Source: Balanoglossus misakiensis (lineage: Eukaryota > Animalia > Hemichordata). From it: a stretch of DNA of 64,000 bases. The stretch is from positions 10,429,477-10,493,476 of the forward strand of contig CM082593.2 in assembly GCA_040954595.2 (NCBI GenBank), written 5' to 3'. The notes below the pieces were generated by a model that saw only the letters and a program-made list of their open reading frames with translations, had not been told where the DNA came from and searched no databases. The translations under genes and the position numbers were made by a program. Below, in pieces: positions 61,401 to 64,000 of the stretch. The stretch's first letter is position 1; the number at the start of each line of letters is the position of its first letter.

Positions 61401-64000
61401 CAGGCCATAGTGGACAGTGTTCTGCCCATTAATTTTGAGTGTTTGGTGGGGTCAACCTTTGCGTCAACATTAACCAGAGCACACAGTAACCAGGCCGTAG
61501 TGGACAGTGTTCTGCCCATTAATTTTGAGTGTTTGGTGGGGTCAACCTTTGCGTCAACATTAACCAGAGCACACAGTAACCAGGCCATAGTGGACAGTGT
61601 GCTGCCCATTAATTTTGAGTGTTTGGTCGGGTCAACCTTTGCGTCAACATTAACCAGAGCACAGAGTAACCAGGCCATAGTGGACAGTGTTCTGCCCATT
61701 AATTTTGAGTGTTTGGTGGGGTCAACCTTTGCGTCAACATTAACCAGAGCACACAGTAACCAGGCCATAGTGGACAGTGTTCTGCCCATTAATTTTGAGT
61801 GTTTGGTGGGGTCAACCTTTGCGTCAACATTAACCAGAGCACACAGTAACCAGGCCGTAGTGGACAGTGTTCTGCCCATTAATTTTGAGTGTTTGGTGGG
61901 GTCAACCTTTGCGTCAACATTAACTAGGCCAGAGTGGCCAGTATCGTGCCCATTAATTTTGAGTGTTTGGTGGGGTCAATCTTTGCGTCAACATTAACTA
62001 GGCCAGAGTGGCCAGTATCGTGCCCATTAATTTTGAGTGTTTGGTGGGGTCAACCTTTGCGTCAACATTAACTAGGCCAGAGTGGCCAGTATCGTGCCCA
62101 TTAATTTTGAGTGTTTGGTGGGGTCAACCTTTGCGTCAACATTAACTAGGCCAGAGTGGCCAGTATCGTGCCCATTAATTTTGAGTGTTTGGTGGGGTCA
62201 ACCTTTGCGTCAACATTAACCAGAGCACACAGTAACCAGGCCGTAGTGGACAGTGTTCTGGCCATTAATTTTGAGTGTTTGGTGGGGTCAACCTTTGCGT
62301 CAACATTAACCAGAGCACACAGTAACCAGGCCGTAGTGGACAGTGTTCTGCCCATTAATTTTGAGTGTTTGGTGGGGTCAACCTTTGCGTCAACATTAAC
62401 CAGAGCACACAGTAACCAGGCCGTAGTGGACAGTGTTCTGCCCATTAATTTTGAGTGTTTGGTGGGGTCAACCTTTGCGTCAACATTAACCAGAGCACAC
62501 AGTAACCAGGCCGTAGTGGACAGTGTTCTGCCCATTAATTTTGAGTGTTTGGTGGGGTCAACCTTTGCGTCAACATTAACCAGAGCACACAGTAACCAGG
62601 CCGTAGTGGACAGTGTTCTGCCCATTAATTTTGAGTGTTTGGTGGGGTCAACCTTTGCGTCAACATTAACCAGAGCACACAATAACCAGGCCGTAGTGGA
62701 CAGTGTTCTGCCCATTAATTTTGAGTGTTTGGTGGGGTCAACCTTTGCGTCAACATTAACCAGAGCACACAGTAACCAGGCCGTAGTGGACAGTGTTCTG
62801 CCCATTAATTTTGAGTGTTTGGTGGGGTCAACCTTTGCGTCAACATTAACCAGAGCACACAGTAACCAGGCCGTAGTGGACAGTGTTCTGCCCATTAATT
62901 TTGAGTGTTTGGTGGGGTCAACCTTTGCGTCAACATTAACCAGAGCACACAGTAACCAGGCCGTAGTGGACAGTGTTCTGCCCATTAATTTTGAGTGTTT
63001 GGTGGGGTCAACCTTTGTGTCAACATTAACCAGAGCACACAGTAACCAGGCCGTAGTGGACAGTGTTCTGCCCATTAATTTTGAGTGTTTGGTGGGGTCA
63101 ACCTTTGCGTCAACATTAACCAGAGCACACAGTAACCAGGCCGTAGTGGACAGTGTTCTGCCCATTAATTTTGAGTGTTTGGTGGGGTCAACCTTTGCGT
63201 CAACATTAACCAGAGCACACAGTAACCAGGCCATAGTGGACAGTGTTCTGCCCATTAATTTTGAGTGTTTGGTGGGGTCAACCTTTGCGTCAACATTAAC
63301 CAGAGCACACAGTAACCAGGCCGTAGTGGACAGTGTTCTGCCCATTAATTTTGAGTGTTTGGTGGGGTCAACCTTTGCGTCAACATTAACCAGAGCACAC
63401 AGTAACCAGGCCATAGTGGACAGTGTGCTGCCCATTAATTTTGAGTGTTTGGTGGGGTCAACCTTTGCGTCAACATTAACCAGAGCACAGAGTAACCAGG
63501 CCATAGTGGACAGTGTTCTGCCCATTAATTTTGAGTGTTTGGTGGGGTCAACCTTTGCGTCAACATTAATCAGAGCACACAGTAACCAGGCCGTAGTGGA
63601 CAGTGTTCTGCCCATTAATTTTGAGTGTTTGGTGGGGTCAACCTTTGCGTCAACATTAACCAGAGCACACAGTAACCAGGCCGTAGTGGACAGTGTTCTT
63701 CCCATTAATTTTGAGTGTTTGGTGGGGTCAACCTTTGCGTCAACATTAACTAGGCCAGAGTGGCCAGTATCGTGCCCATTAATTTTGAGTGTTTGGTGGG
63801 GTCAACCTTTGCGTCAACATTAACTAGGCCAGAGTGGCCAGTATCGTGCCCATTATTTTTGAGTGTTTGGTGGGGTCAACCTTTGCGTCAACATTAACTA
63901 GGCCAGAGTGGCCAGTATCGTGCCCATTAATTTTGAGTGTTTGGTGGGGTCAACCTTTGCGTCAACATTAACTAGGCCAGAGTGGCCAGTATCGTGCCCA
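58469..64000. repeat. Tandem array of 90-bp monomers punctuated by blocks of a 74-bp variant (continues past the window end)
   Basis: 90-mer AACATTAACCAGAGCACACAGTAACCAGGCCGTAGTGGACAGTGTTCTGCCCATTAATTTTGAGTGTTTGGTGGGGTCAACCTTTGCGTC. 74-mer (AACATTAACTAGGCCAGAGTGGCCAGTATCGTGCCC...) blocks at ~59009-59305, 61916-62211 and 63742-end. Confidence 0.98.

Noticed and set aside
58469-64000. CRISPR array or genuine repeat-protein CDS
   Set aside because: Pure tandem monomers without variable spacers. The ORFs arise from the 90-bp periodicity.

Overview
Eukaryotic (animal, probably marine invertebrate) genomic DNA with no prokaryotic features. Positions 1-33153 are an AT-rich 78-bp satellite array with kb-scale higher-order repeats and a more diverged right edge. 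Positions 33154-45600 are transposon-rich. They hold a 5'-truncated, inactivated APE-RT LINE (minus strand) interrupted by a young TTAA-flanked 795-bp MITE, a Helentron/HINE-like terminus and several other MITEs. Positions 45622-57634 hold 13 plus-strand exons encoding C-type lectin - CUB x3 - CCP/sushi x4 - EGF-Ca x2. This matches the N-terminal architecture of uninflatable (uif/SP1070)-type proteins, but the copy has a nonsense codon, a frameshift, a lost splice donor and apparently missing exons, so it is probably a pseudogene. Positions 58469-64000 are a 90-bp/74-bp two-monomer tandem array. The long ORFs in both tandem arrays are artefacts of repeat periodicity. I see no demonstrably new biological system. 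The most interesting leads are a possible HINE-to-satellite link, the decaying uif-like copy, a MITE pair with a flipped core, and foldback elements tipped by GNA-triloop hairpins.
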